This document shows positions 22,515 through 33,482 of a stretch of 34,003 nucleotides of DNA, in pieces (the stretch's first letter is position 1; every line of letters starts with the position of its first letter). The stretch lies in NCBI RefSeq assembly GCF_001194135.2, contig NC_068984.1:139456328-139490330 (forward strand), given 5' to 3'. A model generated the notes under the pieces. The model had not been told where the DNA came from. It saw only the letters and a program-made list of their open reading frames with translations, and searched no databases. The stretch is from Octopus bimaculoides (Eukaryota). Position numbers and translations under genes: made by a program.

Positions 22515-22765
22515 GGCCTATCTTTGTCATTCAGGTCCGCCAAGGTTCGTTCTATTTTAGACTGAGTTTGCACCAACTTCCTTAGGGCAAGTCATATCTC
22601 GACCCTTACGAACATTTTTCTTGATCTAGTCATGCTTGATGTGATTTTGTTCAAGTTCTTTCTTTCAAGCACGTACTTCTTCCTACTATGATAGACGCTC
22701 TTAAGCGGGGTTTTTCCTCCATTTCACAAGATCTTGACCGTTTCCAGTGTGTTCCTAATGCAGGC
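22515..22765 (-). mobile_element. Possible L1/Tx1-like LINE extreme 3' remnant
   Basis: A semi-open frame ...RSRKMFVRVEI*LALRKLVQTQSKIERTLADLNDK is loosely reminiscent of Tx1-type C-termini. Weak. Confidence 0.25.
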
Positions 22766-24153
22766 CTTAAACTTTATATATTCATATATTCAGCATCACA
22801 TTATAAATGTGTCCGGTGATTAAGTCACATGGCTTTTTGTTGATATACATGCTCTCTCGGTAGATAAGAGCAGAATTTTGCAATTAAACATTTGTCAACA
22901 TATCCGTGGATTCTATGTTGGACAGAAATCCACTGATACTTGTGTGGTAATGAGACTCGTCGTATAAAATTGACTAGAAGACGAAAAACTTACACCTAAA
23001 AGTTGTAATTACCCTTTCCATAGCGGGATCCGAACTCACACCTCATGAAGTTGTCAGAGAAGTAGGCGGAAATTACATGACGCGTCATTTCGAAAATGGT
23101 ATAAAACGTAAAATGCGATAAATTTGATATAAAATACCATGAAAATTTTCAAAGCCTACAATTTGCTAAACAACCAGAACTCAAAGACAAGACGGTAAAA
23201 AAAAAAAAATTAAACGTACAAAAAAATCGTTTAATCTTATCAGAAATTACACGTGTGGAACTTTGTGAATACTTTCTGTAGACTAAATGGCGTGAATTAT
23301 TGGAAGCGAATAAGTATGAAAATGTCGTTTCTTTATTCTTAACCATTGTTTTAAAAAATTAGAAAAAATAAAATGCTTCATATGTTTCATTATTCTATTT
23401 TCTTAGCAATAATTCTTTTCACTACTATGTATTTTTTCTCTTTTCTATCGGATTCAGTAAAACGTTCCGATAAACAGTCTCTNNNNNNNNNNNNNNNNNN
23501 NNNNNNNNNNNNNNNNNNNNNNNNNNNNNNNNNNNNNNNNNNNNNNNNNNNNNNNNNNNNNNNNNNNNNNNNNNNNNNNNNNNNNNNNNNNNNNNNNNNN
23601 NNNNNNNNNNNNNNNNNNNNNNNNNNNNNNNNNNNNNNNNNNNNNNNNNNNNNNNNNNNNNNNNNNNNNNNNNNNNNNNNNNNNNNNNNNNNNNNNNNNN
23701 NNNNNNNNNNNNNNNNNNNNNNNNNNNNNNNNNNNNNNNNNNNNNNNNNNNNNNNNNNNNNNNNNNNNNNNNNNNNNNNNNNNNNNNNNNNNNNNNNNNN
23801 NNNNNNNNNNNNNNNNNNNNNNNNNNNNNNNNNNNNNNNNNNNNNNNNNNNNNNNNNNNNNNNNNNNNNNNNNNNNNNNNNNNNNNNNNNNNNNNNNNNN
23901 NNNNNNNNNNNNNNNNNNNNNNNNNNNNNNNNNNNNNNNNNNNNNNNNNNNNNNNNNNNNNNNNNNNNNNNNNNNNNNNNNNNNNNNNNNNNNNNNNNNN
24001 NNNNNNNNNNNNNNNNNNNNNNNNNNNNNNNNNNNNNNNNNNNNNNNNNNNNNNNNNNNNNNNNNNNNNNNNNNNNNNNNNNNNNNNNNNNNNNNNNNNN
24101 NNNNNNNNNNNNNNNNNNNNNNNNNNNNNNNNNNNNNNNNNNNNNNNNNNNNN

Positions 24154-24231
<78 letters not shown>

Positions 24232-24372
24232 ATGTATTTATGTATGTATGCATGTATATAATGTAGATATAAAATTATGCGTCATTGCTTAAAAGTCGTT
24301 TTATAGATTAAAATCATTCATTATGAACACACACAGATAACACAAAGTTGTGTGTCTAAATATGTGTGTATA

Positions 24373-24545
24373 GACGCAAGAATGGCTGTGTGGTTTAGAA
24401 TTTTGTTTTACAACAACGCGGTTTCTAATTCAGTCCCTACTCAGCGCTATACTTTGTAGAAGTGACTGACACTACAGTTCTGTTCCGAATTACGATATGG
24501 GATTGAATTTGGCAGATGTAAATAAGCTGTGGAAACCCGTCTTGC
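24373..24545 (+). mobile_element. Diverged family A SINE, 5' part
   Basis: GCAAGAATGGCTGTGTGGTTTAGAA...TTCAGTCCCTACT...GAATTTGGCAGATGTAAA...GAAACCCGTC. Confidence 0.7.
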
Positions 24546-24581
24546 ATATATAGATACATATCCATGTTTGCATGTATTTGA

Positions 24582-24918
24582 CAGCGACCATGCTGGAGCA
24601 CCGCCTTTAGTCGAAAAAATCAACCCCACGACTTATTCTTTGTAAGCCTAGTACTTATTCTATCGGTCTTTCTTGCCGAACCTCTAAGTGACGGGAACGT
24701 AAACACACCAGAATCAGTTGTCAAGCGATGTTGGGGGGACAAACACAGTCACACAAACATATACATATATATACATCGGGCTTCTTACAGTTTCCGTCTA
24801 CCAAATCCACTCACAAGGCTTTGGTCGGACCGGGGCTATAGTGGAAGACACTTGCCCAAGGTGCCATGCAGTAGGACTGAACCCAGCAAGCTACTTAGCG
24901 CACAGCCACTCCTGCGCC
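24582..24918 (-). mobile_element. Family A SINE, near full length, with a short deletion between head and B-box
   Basis: Colinear with 11015-11611. CORE-like GGCACCTTGGGCAAGTGTCTTCCACTATAGCC on the minus strand. Confidence 0.9.
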
Positions 24919-24952
24919 TATAATACATGTATGTAGATTTACGAGGAAGCTA

Positions 24953-25007
<55 letters not shown>

Positions 25008-25178
25008 AGTGTGTGTGTATGCATATTTATAATACATATATATTGTTGACGTCATAAGAATTTAAAAGCTATTAGAGAACGTATAACAAATCTCTTTTGG
25101 AAGATTGGATTTCGAAGCATATAACGCCATAAATGATAGAACGTAAATATTGCTCTGAGAGTAGCTGTTCCAAAAGAT

Positions 25179-25223
<45 letters not shown>

Positions 25224-27774
25224 NNNNNNNNNNNNNNNNNNNNNNNNNNNNNNNNNNNNNNNNNNNNNNNNNNNNNNNNNNNNNNNNNNNNNNNNNNNNN
25301 NNNNNNNNNNNNNNNNNNNNNNNNNNNNNNNNNNNNNNNNNNNNNNNNNNNNNNNNNNNNNNNNNNNNNNNNNNNNNNNNNNNNNNNNNNNNNNNNNNNN
25401 NNNNNNNNNNNNNNNNNNNNNNNNNNNNNNNNNNNNNNNNNNNNNNNNNNNNNNNNNNNNNNNNNNNNNNNNNNNNNNNNNNNNNNNNNNNNNNNNNNNN
25501 NNNNNNNNNNNNNNNNNNNNNNNNNNNNNNNNNNNNNNNNNNNNNNNNNNNNNNNNNNNNNNNNNNNNNNNNNNNNNNNNNNNNNNNNNNNNNNNNNNNN
25601 NNNNNNNNNNNNNNNNNNNNNNNNNNNNNNNNNNNNNNNNNNNNNNNNNNNNNNNNNNNNNNNNNNNNNNNNNNNNNNNNNNNNNNNNNNNNNNNNNNNN
25701 NNNNNNNNNNNNNNNNNNNNNNNNNNNNNNNNNNNNNNNNNNNNNNNNNNNNNNNNNNNNNNNNNNNNNNNNNNNNNNNNNNNNNNNNNNNNNNNNNNNN
25801 NNNNNNNNNNNNNNNNNNNNNNNNNNNNNNNNNNNNNNNNNNNNNNNNNNNNNNTATATATATATATATATATGTATATATATAAACCATAAAGATATAT
25901 ACGGTAAAATCTATTTATATTTTATGTTTGCTATAACTACATTGATTCCTCTTTTTATCTCTTCTTGTTTTTTGTTAACATGAAGGATATTGAACTCCTG
26001 AATTTAGATTTATCACTTTATTTGATATATCGTTAATTTTACTGACCATACCAAGCTGGTTTTACCTCGTATCGATCTTCCATACTTTATATATTTAAAG
26101 AGAGGTCTTTGCATATATACGCTGAATCGTTGGTGCAACCATAACGTTGTGTTGAAGTTTTCTGATCTTAATAACTAGCTTTCTTTACCTACGTTGATTT
26201 TTGTATATACTACTGTATTGTATAATTTGTAGCATGCATATTAATGTAGAATATGTAAATCTAATTTATTACACAATGAAATCATTATTACATAAAGAAG
26301 GCTGCGAAACGGCCGTAATCCTCGGGATGTCAAGCAGTTTAATATATATATTTATATATATATTCATCTCTCATACCTTCTGACTTTTTATGGTTTATAT
26401 ACTCAATACAATTTCATCGATCGAATATTTCTTCTAGTATTCAGCTACATGGAACTCTGCATTAAGCTGCTCTGTATTGGATTAGGTGGTATGATAGCCG
26501 AGCCCGTGAGAGGACCTTTCTGTGAAAGTTTGAAAGCTACGCTATTCTATGAATCCACACATTAACCTACGAATATATACATTATTTATATGTTTGTATG
26601 TGTGTGTATGTGTGCGTACGAGTGTGTGAAGTATATATATATAAATAAGCACACTTACATACGTACATGCATATATATATATATATATAAATACATACAT
26701 ACACATATACGTACATACATACAAGCGTAGATACATGTATATATATATATATATATATNNNNNNNNNNNNNNNNNNNNNNNNNNNNNNNNNNNNNNNNNN
26801 NNNNNNNNNNNNNNNNNNNNNNNNNNNNNNNNNNNNNNNNNNNNNNNNNNNNNNNNNNNNNNNNNNNNNNNNNNNNNNNNNNNNNNNNNNNNNNNNNNNN
26901 NNNNNNNNNNNNNNNNNNNNNNNNNNNNNNNNNNNNNNNNNNNNNNNNNNNNNNNNNNNNNNNNNNNNNNNNNNNNNNNNNNNNNNNATATATCTGTAAA
27001 AACCGGAAACCTCACTATGATAAACGTTGACGACTATCAAACGACGTATTATATTTATGATCTCAAGGAAGTTAGAATCGCACATTCACCTCTACCGTTA
27101 AGTAGAAGTGCAACAAAACAATTTCTCTATAGCATTGTAGATAACTCATTTTAAGAGGTACAGTTAATTGAATTTTTTTCTATCGCCAAGGAAAAAGTTC
27201 GCCCCCTAGAAGTTTATGTATGATCTTTAACTCTACATAATAAACAATAATGTAGGAAAAAATATTAGCTGCCATTTACACCCTGTCCAGAAATATTTTT
27301 TTTATTACATTACGACGTCCAAGAATACGCTGATTTTTATCGGCAATATGAGCCGATATATCTCTTAATCGAAGTTCGCTACAAAACTGACGACCAATTT
27401 TCATAATTCCTCTTATACACACGACCACGCTCAGATACGCAAATAGACGCATACATTATGCATACACAAAATAAATTGTGCTTGTATATATATGTGCCTA
27501 TTTGAATATATGAAATATATATGTAACAAACGAAAACCGAGTGAGATAATGAGATACCATTAGTAGAAGAACCAGCTAATAATAGAGACCACCAAAACGT
27601 TATACGTGGTCAATAAATATTTGAATGAACGGAGGAATAAGGTGCGCTTTAAATTAATTCGTATTTCTCAGTAGATGTTCCCAACTAAATATTTAACAAT
27701 TTGATTAGATTTTCTTATGCCTTATGGTCTAGTGATTATGTATACAGTTCCCAATTTGCAGACACATCTGTTAC

Positions 27775-28188
27775 ACTGGCAGAATCGTTAGCACGCAGTG
27801 CGAAATGCTAAGCGATATTTCGCCTGTCCTTACGTTCTGAGTTCAAATTCTTATTTCTTTATTGCCCACAAGGGGCTAAACATAGAGGGGGACAAACAAG
27901 GACAGACAAAGGGATTAAGTCGATTACATCGACCCCAGTGCGTAACTGGTACTTAATTTATCGAGCCCGAAAGGATGAAAGGCAAGTCGACCTTCATTTC
28001 GCCCGGCGTGCAAACGTTTCTGCCAGCTCGACGCCTTTCAAATTCTGAGTTCAAATTCTGCCGAGGTCGACTTTGCCTTTCACCCTGTCGGTGTCGATAA
28101 ATCAAGTACCAGTTGTGTACTGGAGGTTGATCTAATCGATTGACTCCTCAACAAACAAACCAAAAAATTCGGACCTTGTCCCAAGAGT
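27775..28188 (+). mobile_element. Family B SINE interrupted by an antisense SINE
   Basis: The head (27775-27850) and body (28043-28188) are separated by a minus-strand copy. TTCTGAGTTCAAATTC is duplicated at 27835-27850 and 28043-28058. Confidence 0.85.
27851..28035 (-). mobile_element. Family B-related SINE with an alternative tail, nested insertion
   Basis: Head GGCGTCGAGCTGGCAGAAACG and the central domain are shared, the B-box segment is deleted, and the tail differs (GACTTAATCCCTTTGTCTGTCC...GGGCAATAAAGAAATAA). Confidence 0.85.
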
Positions 28189-28267
28189 NNNNNNNNNNTA
28201 TATATATATAAATATATATATATATACAGACGTACACACACACACTCACACGTGTGTATGTGTGTGA

Positions 28268-28346
28268 TGGGGTCGATTCATTCGACTAATATTCTTCAAA
28301 GCGGTGCCGCATGATGGTCGCAGTCTGATGATGGAAACAAGTAGAA
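28268..28346 (+). mobile_element. Family A SINE tail fragment
   Basis: GGGGTCGATTCATTCGACTAA...GCGGTGCCGCATGATGGTCGCAGTC...GAAACAAGTAGAAGA. Confidence 0.7.
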
Positions 28347-28484
28347 GATGAAAGTTAAATTATATCCATGCAGACATATACGAAGGCGCACATATATATA
28401 TACACATATCTATAACATACATACATACAGATACATACAAACATACATACATACACACACGCACACAGACATACACACGCATAA

Positions 28485-28553
<69 letters not shown>

Positions 28554-28883
28554 CGTGTGTGTGTGTGTGTGTGTGCATACGTTGATCCGGAAGCATTAAA
28601 GAAATTTTCGTTGTACAAGACAATGACGGTGGAATCTTGCAATCATACTGTTGACGGATTTCTAGAAGCAATAGAAATCATATCATTTTGTCTGAAGCAT
28701 AATTGTTTCTCGTTCTATATGTTGACATATTACATGAAGCTTTTCAAATGTTTTCAAAGTCTGGCTCAAACCTAACAACAACAACAACAACAACAAAATA
28801 ATGATGAGGATGATAATAATAATAATAATAAAAATAATAATAATAATAATGGCTTGAATTTTTTCCACAACTGCAGCCATTTT

Positions 28884-29029
28884 GGAGGAGGGGATGAGTC
28901 GATTACATCAACCCCAGTGCTCAACTGGTACCTATTTTATCGACCCCAAAAGGATGAAAGGTAAAGACTTATTTTATAGATTCCGAAAGGATGAAAGAGA
29001 CCAACAATATTCTGAGTTCAAATTCCGCC
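28884..29029 (-). mobile_element. Rearranged family B SINE fragment(s)
   Basis: Minus-strand body (GTCGATTACATC...ATCGACCCCAAAAGGATGAAAGG), a duplicated AAAGGATGAAAG, then a B-box segment TTCTGAGTTCAAATTCCGCC in the opposite orientation. Confidence 0.7.
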
Positions 29030-29447
29030 AACCTCTCCCACCCTTTCTCCTGGAAAAGTGCAGCCTATCGGTGTCACTCCTAGGGTGGAATGCTCCATGT
29101 ACTGTCAACATTTTTCTGGTCATTATATCCATTTTCATCACTTCTCTCTTTTACCATTTTATAATTCCCGCTCCATACCGAAGTGATGCTATCGCCCACG
29201 TCTTAACTGCTTGGATTTTATTCCATACAGTCGAGTTTAAGCGCAATACCAACCCCAGTCTTCGCAAATACTCCATCCTCAGTTGCTCATTCATTTCCTT
29301 TTCTATTATTTAGTTGCACTCTAGTACACCAAGGTATTTATATCCTTCCGTTTCAATTTGTTTAATCAAGTCTCTATTTGGTATTTCTATCCCTGCTAGA
29401 GACTTCACCTTGCTTCTTTTTAGGTAGATTATTCCCCATTTCTTCTT
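29030..29447 (-). mobile_element. R4/Dong-clade non-LTR retrotransposon fragment (RT thumb region)
   Basis: A single frame with two stops: KKWGIIYLKRSKVKSLAGIEIPNRDLIKQIETEGYKYLGVLECN*IIEKEMNEQLRMEYLRRLGLVL...NKIQAVKTWAIASLRYGAGIIKW*KREVMKMDIMTRKMLTVHGAFHPRSDTDRLHFSRRKGGRG. The YKYLG and HP.SD.DRL...R..GGRG motifs are characteristic of R4/Dong/Rex6. Confidence 0.9.
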
Positions 29448-29472
29448 ATTATAATTATAATTATAATTATAA

Positions 29473-29667
29473 GGGCTGCGGACTGGCGGAATAGTTAACA
29501 CGCCAGGAAAAAAATGCTTAGAGGCATTTCATTCGCTTTTACGTTCTGTGTTCAAAATCTGCAATATTAGGCTTTGCTTTTCATCTGTTTCAAGGTCTAT
29601 AAAAGAAGTACCAGTCGAAGACTTTGGTCGATTACATTTCAGGCCTTGTACCTGAAGTTGAAAGGAA
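29473..29667 (+). mobile_element. Diverged family B SINE
   Basis: GGGCTGCGGACTGGCGGAATAGTTAACACGCC...GTTCTGTGTTCAAAATC...TTTGCTTTTCATC...TTTCAGGCCTTGTACC. Confidence 0.8.
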
Positions 29668-29890
29668 TACAACTACAACTACAACAAGTAGTAATAGTAG
29701 TTGCGGTAGTAGTTGTAGTGTAGTTGATTTTAATGCATTCTTTTCTATGATTGCCAAATGTAAATTTTCACGTTTTGTGTACTAGCATCGTAAACGTTGG
29801 TGGTGTACAATATATGCACGTATATATGTATGTATATATGTATATCTATGTATGTACGCCTATCTATCTATGTCGTTATTTATCTATCGA

Positions 29891-29930
<40 letters not shown>

Positions 29931-30262
29931 NNNNNNNNNNNNNNNNNNNNNNNNNNNNNNNNNNNNNNNNNNNNNNNNNNNNNNNNNNNNNNNNNNNNNN
30001 NNNNNNNNNNNNNNNNNNNNNNNNNNNNNNNNNNNNNNNNNNNNNNNNNNNNNNNNNNNNNNNNNNNNNNNNNNNNNNNNNNNNNNNNNNNNNNNNNNNN
30101 NNNNNNNNNNNNNNNNNNNNNNNNNNNNNNNNNNNNNNNNNNNNNNNNNNNNNNNNNNNNNNNNNNNNNNNNNNNNNNNNNNNNNNNNNNNNNNNNNNNN
30201 NNNNNNNNNNNNNNNNNNNNNNNNNNNNNNNNNNNNNNNNNNNNNNNNNNNNNNNNNNNNNN

Positions 30263-30640
30263 TCAATTTAGAGTAATAATTTGTAGTTTTGGAATCAGTA
30301 GTTCTTTGGCTGCTATTTGTGAATTCTCAATATGTTGGAGAAGCAGGTTACTGTCAATCCCTATATATTTATGATTATAAATGATTTTTACCGAAAAGGT
30401 TTTTTCAAACTGAGCTACCCGGCAAAATTGTTAATTATTAATTTTATTACTAATTGACGATTCCCTGCCCTGCATATCTATATCTATATATATAGATATA
30501 TAATCATAAATATATAGGGATTGACAGTAACCTGCTTCTCCAACATACTGAGAATTCAGAAATAGCAGTCAAAGAACTACTGATTTCAAAACTACAAATT
30601 ATTACTAATTGACGATTCCCTGCCCTGCATATCTATATAT
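30263..30640. repeat. 108-bp inverted repeat plus 38-bp direct repeat, embedded in (AT)n
   Basis: 30272-30379 is the reverse complement of 30499-30606 with 4 mismatches. 30446-30483 is identical to 30601-30638. Confidence 0.95.
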
Positions 30641-31609
30641 AGATATATAGATATATACATATACATATACATATATATAAATTATGTATGTATATATAAT
30701 TAGGCCTACATTTTCACCTAATAACATGGGATATACTGGCAATTACTGCAAAAGCAGAGAAGGCTTATTAACATTCTTCAGATTTAATAGGGAACTTATA
30801 CAATATACATATATAATAAAGATTTGTAAAAAATATTCCTAATTTTCCACTTGAGACTGGCTTTTATCCAGTTGTATAAGTAATAAAATTTCCTTTTAAA
30901 CATTAACAAAATATTATCACTAGATATTTGTTACTACGTAGAAATTTGCCTTCATAAGTACAGCTGCTTCTTATAACAAAGCGAACACATACTGTGTTAT
31001 TATATGTGAGTGGTATCTAATTTTGTGATTTAATGTACGCGTTCAAATTACTTCAGTTACGAGTTCGTTTTTGTCAAAATACAAAACTTGAGCTTTTAGA
31101 AAATAATTCAAGAAAATACTGATTTATCACATACGAAGAAATTTAAAATCTCAGCAAATCAGTCGATGCAATTTAACTAGCCGATAGACCCCGGAAATAA
31201 TGAGCACATGTAGATCGTGTGGCATCACTATTAGTACCTCCAGGCACCACTACATGTCCGATCTGCTACAAGAATGAGTATGTATATATATATATATATA
31301 TTGGGAGAGAGAGATACCATAGTAATATGCTGTATAAAATTGTAAAATAAATGGAAATATATTTTGAGGATGAACAAGTCTTCGTGTTCTATATCGTTAT
31401 AATTATTGCTAATAAATAAGAGAGTGTGTGTGTGTGTGTGTGTGCGTGCGTACGCGCTAGCTGTTTATATTAATTCATACACACACACATATAGTTAGAT
31501 AGATATGATATGTACATAGATACATCTATATATATTAATTCGTACCTAGGTATATACATATAGATCTGTGTATGAGTATGTATAGCTGTGTACATGCGCC
31601 AATGTTTGT

Positions 31610-31830
31610 AACATTTCTCACCGCCTTCAAAACACTGCTTTGGTTTTATCCCCGTAACTTATTTATTCTTCAAAGAATGACCGTTAAAAGAAATTCCATA
31701 TAGATCAAATCAAATACAGATCAAAGAACCTCATATACTTATATATAAGTACATGGGTCTACTTGATCGACTACGTTTCTTAAGGTACTGCTGCAGTATT
31801 GCCGGAACGTAATGATTGAAATAATACAAA
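31610..31830 (+). mobile_element. Very diverged family A SINE 3' half
   Basis: TTTATCCCCGTAACTTA...GGGTCTACTTGATCGACTA...GGTACTGCTGCAGTATTGCCGGAACGTAATGATTGAAA. Confidence 0.5.
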
Positions 31831-32229
31831 CAATATTATAATTAGTATTCAGGTAAGTTTCACAGTCGGTGTTAACGTTAAAGCTGAAAGCTCTGTATTA
31901 TGCGATTTGAACAACCATGCAAAATATGAAAGTTATTCTTCCGTCTGTTTCATCCACGGGCGGAAGCTCATTTTCACTAGATGGAAAGAATTTTTGAAGT
32001 GAAAGATATATCAAAAGAAATTCCTACTTTCCTATTCTAAATATAAGAGGCATGTAACAATCAATTTTTACCTCGTTTTCCTTAGTATTTATATTGCAAT
32101 ATAATGAACACTGCGTATTTAAGTTACTTTACAGGAAATATATATAATCTAAGATGTGCAGCATTAACTACTTCAAAACGTTTTTCAATGAAAAATGCAG
32201 TTGGCAAGAAGGCGGTAGAGGAGTTCGTG

Positions 32230-32360
32230 TGGCTGTGGCTGCTGCTGCTGTAGCCTCTGCTGCCGTTGATGATGATGATGATGATGACAATGACGATGGC
32301 GACGACAACGACGAGGAGGAGGAGGAGGGGGAGGGGCGGAGGAGGAGGGTGGGGCGGAGG
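32230..32360. repeat. GC-rich trinucleotide low-complexity tract (GCT/GAT/GAC/GAG)
   Basis: Read directly. Confidence 0.85.
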
Positions 32361-33089
32361 AGCGTAAAATATGATGCTTCAAATGTAATTTTTCACACGT
32401 NNNNNNNNNNNNNNNNNNNNNNNNNNNNNNNNNNNNNNNNNNNNNNNNNNNNNNNNNNNNNNNNNNNNNNNNNNNNNNNNNNNNNNNNNNNNNNNNNNNN
32501 NNNNNNNNNNNNNNNNNNNNNNNNNNNNNNNNNNNNNNNNNNNNNNNNNNNNNNNNNNNNNNNNNNNNNNNNNNNNNNNNNNNNNNNNNNNNNNNNNNNN
32601 NNNNNNNNNNNNNNNNNNNNNNNNNNNNNNNNNNNNNNNNNNNNNNNNNNNNNNNNNNNNNNNNNNNNNNNNNNNNNNNNNNNNNNNNNNNNNNNNNNNN
32701 NNNNNNNNNNNNNNNNNNNNNNNNNNNNNNNNNNNNNNNNNNNNNNNNNNNNNNNNNNNNNNNNNNNNNNNNNNNNNNNNNNNNNNNNNNNNNNNNNNNN
32801 NNNNNNNNNNNNNNNNNNNNNNNNNNNNNNNNNNNNNNNNNNNNNNNNNNNNNNNNNNNNNNNNNNNNNNNNNNNNNNNNNNNNNNNNNNNNNNNNNNNN
32901 NNNNNNNNNNNNNNNNNNNNNNNNNNNNNNNNNNNNNNNNNNNNNNNNNNNNNNNNNNNNNNNNGGAGGAGGGTGGGGCGGAGGAGGAGGGTGGGGCGGA
33001 GGAGCGTAAAATATGATGCTTCAAATGTAATTTTTCACACGTCGAAAGCAACAACTCCGGTATCAGTATGTATGTAAATATGGCCCAAG

Positions 33090-33341
33090 TTCTCAACATA
33101 AAACTGGTACAATTTCCAGAGGATTGTTGAGATGGCCTACTCGACCTGAAGAAACTTGTAACTGGCCTCCACCTGCGAGATCATGTGATGTCTACCTTGA
33201 TATGAGATCACCATGTCGCTACGTATGGACGTGATGCATGTGTTTGGTGTACCCTTGTCAGATGGGTAGTCATGACGGGTATACTTGGCTTCGTATATTT
33301 TACCCCAGTGTCACTTTGATGGCATGCACTGCTCTCTTACT
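33090..33341. mobile_element. (AAT)n-flanked interspersed element, partial copy 1
   Basis: Colinear with ~33780-34003 at an offset of about 698 bp. Ends at GCACTGCTCTCTTACT followed by (AAT)n. Confidence 0.8.
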
Positions 33342-33342
33342 G

Positions 33343-33362
33343 AATAATAATAAGAAGAATGT

Positions 33363-33393
<31 letters not shown>

Positions 33394-33482
33394 AAGAAGA
33401 AGAAGAAGAAGAAGAAGAAAAAGAAGAAGAAGAAGAAGAAGAAGAAGAGGATTTCACTAATAATAATAATAACAATAATAAA
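33343..33482. repeat. (AAT)n-(AAG)n-(AAT)n microsatellite between the two copies
   Basis: Read directly. Confidence 0.95.

Noticed and set aside
23005-23090. B-box-like GTTCGGATCCC (minus strand) and 12-bp palindrome ATGACGCGTCAT
   Set aside because: There is no A-box or cloverleaf, and a single short palindrome is expected by chance in 34 kb.
28325-28338. CTGATGA...GAAAC hammerhead-like core
   Set aside because: There is no stem II between the boxes. It is a mutated copy of the SINE tail CAGTCAAATGACTGAAAC.
951-29667. True tRNA genes
   Set aside because: All A-box/B-box pairs belong to SINE heads and do not form complete cloverleaves.
1434-30374. HT/CV/YI/MYVC-repeat ORFs
   Set aside because: These are translations of (CA), (TA) and (TATG) microsatellites.
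32154-32400. Ala/Asp/Glu/Arg-rich ORF resembling a transcription-factor low-complexity region
   Set aside because: It is explained by trinucleotide repeats, with no recognisable domain or splice support.
32341-33042. ~60-bp sequence repeated on both sides of the gap
   Set aside because: Same contig-end overlap pattern; the gap may be negative or much smaller than stated.
4404-33099. Long ORFs in the track containing X runs
   Set aside because: They are open only because N-gaps contain no stop codons.
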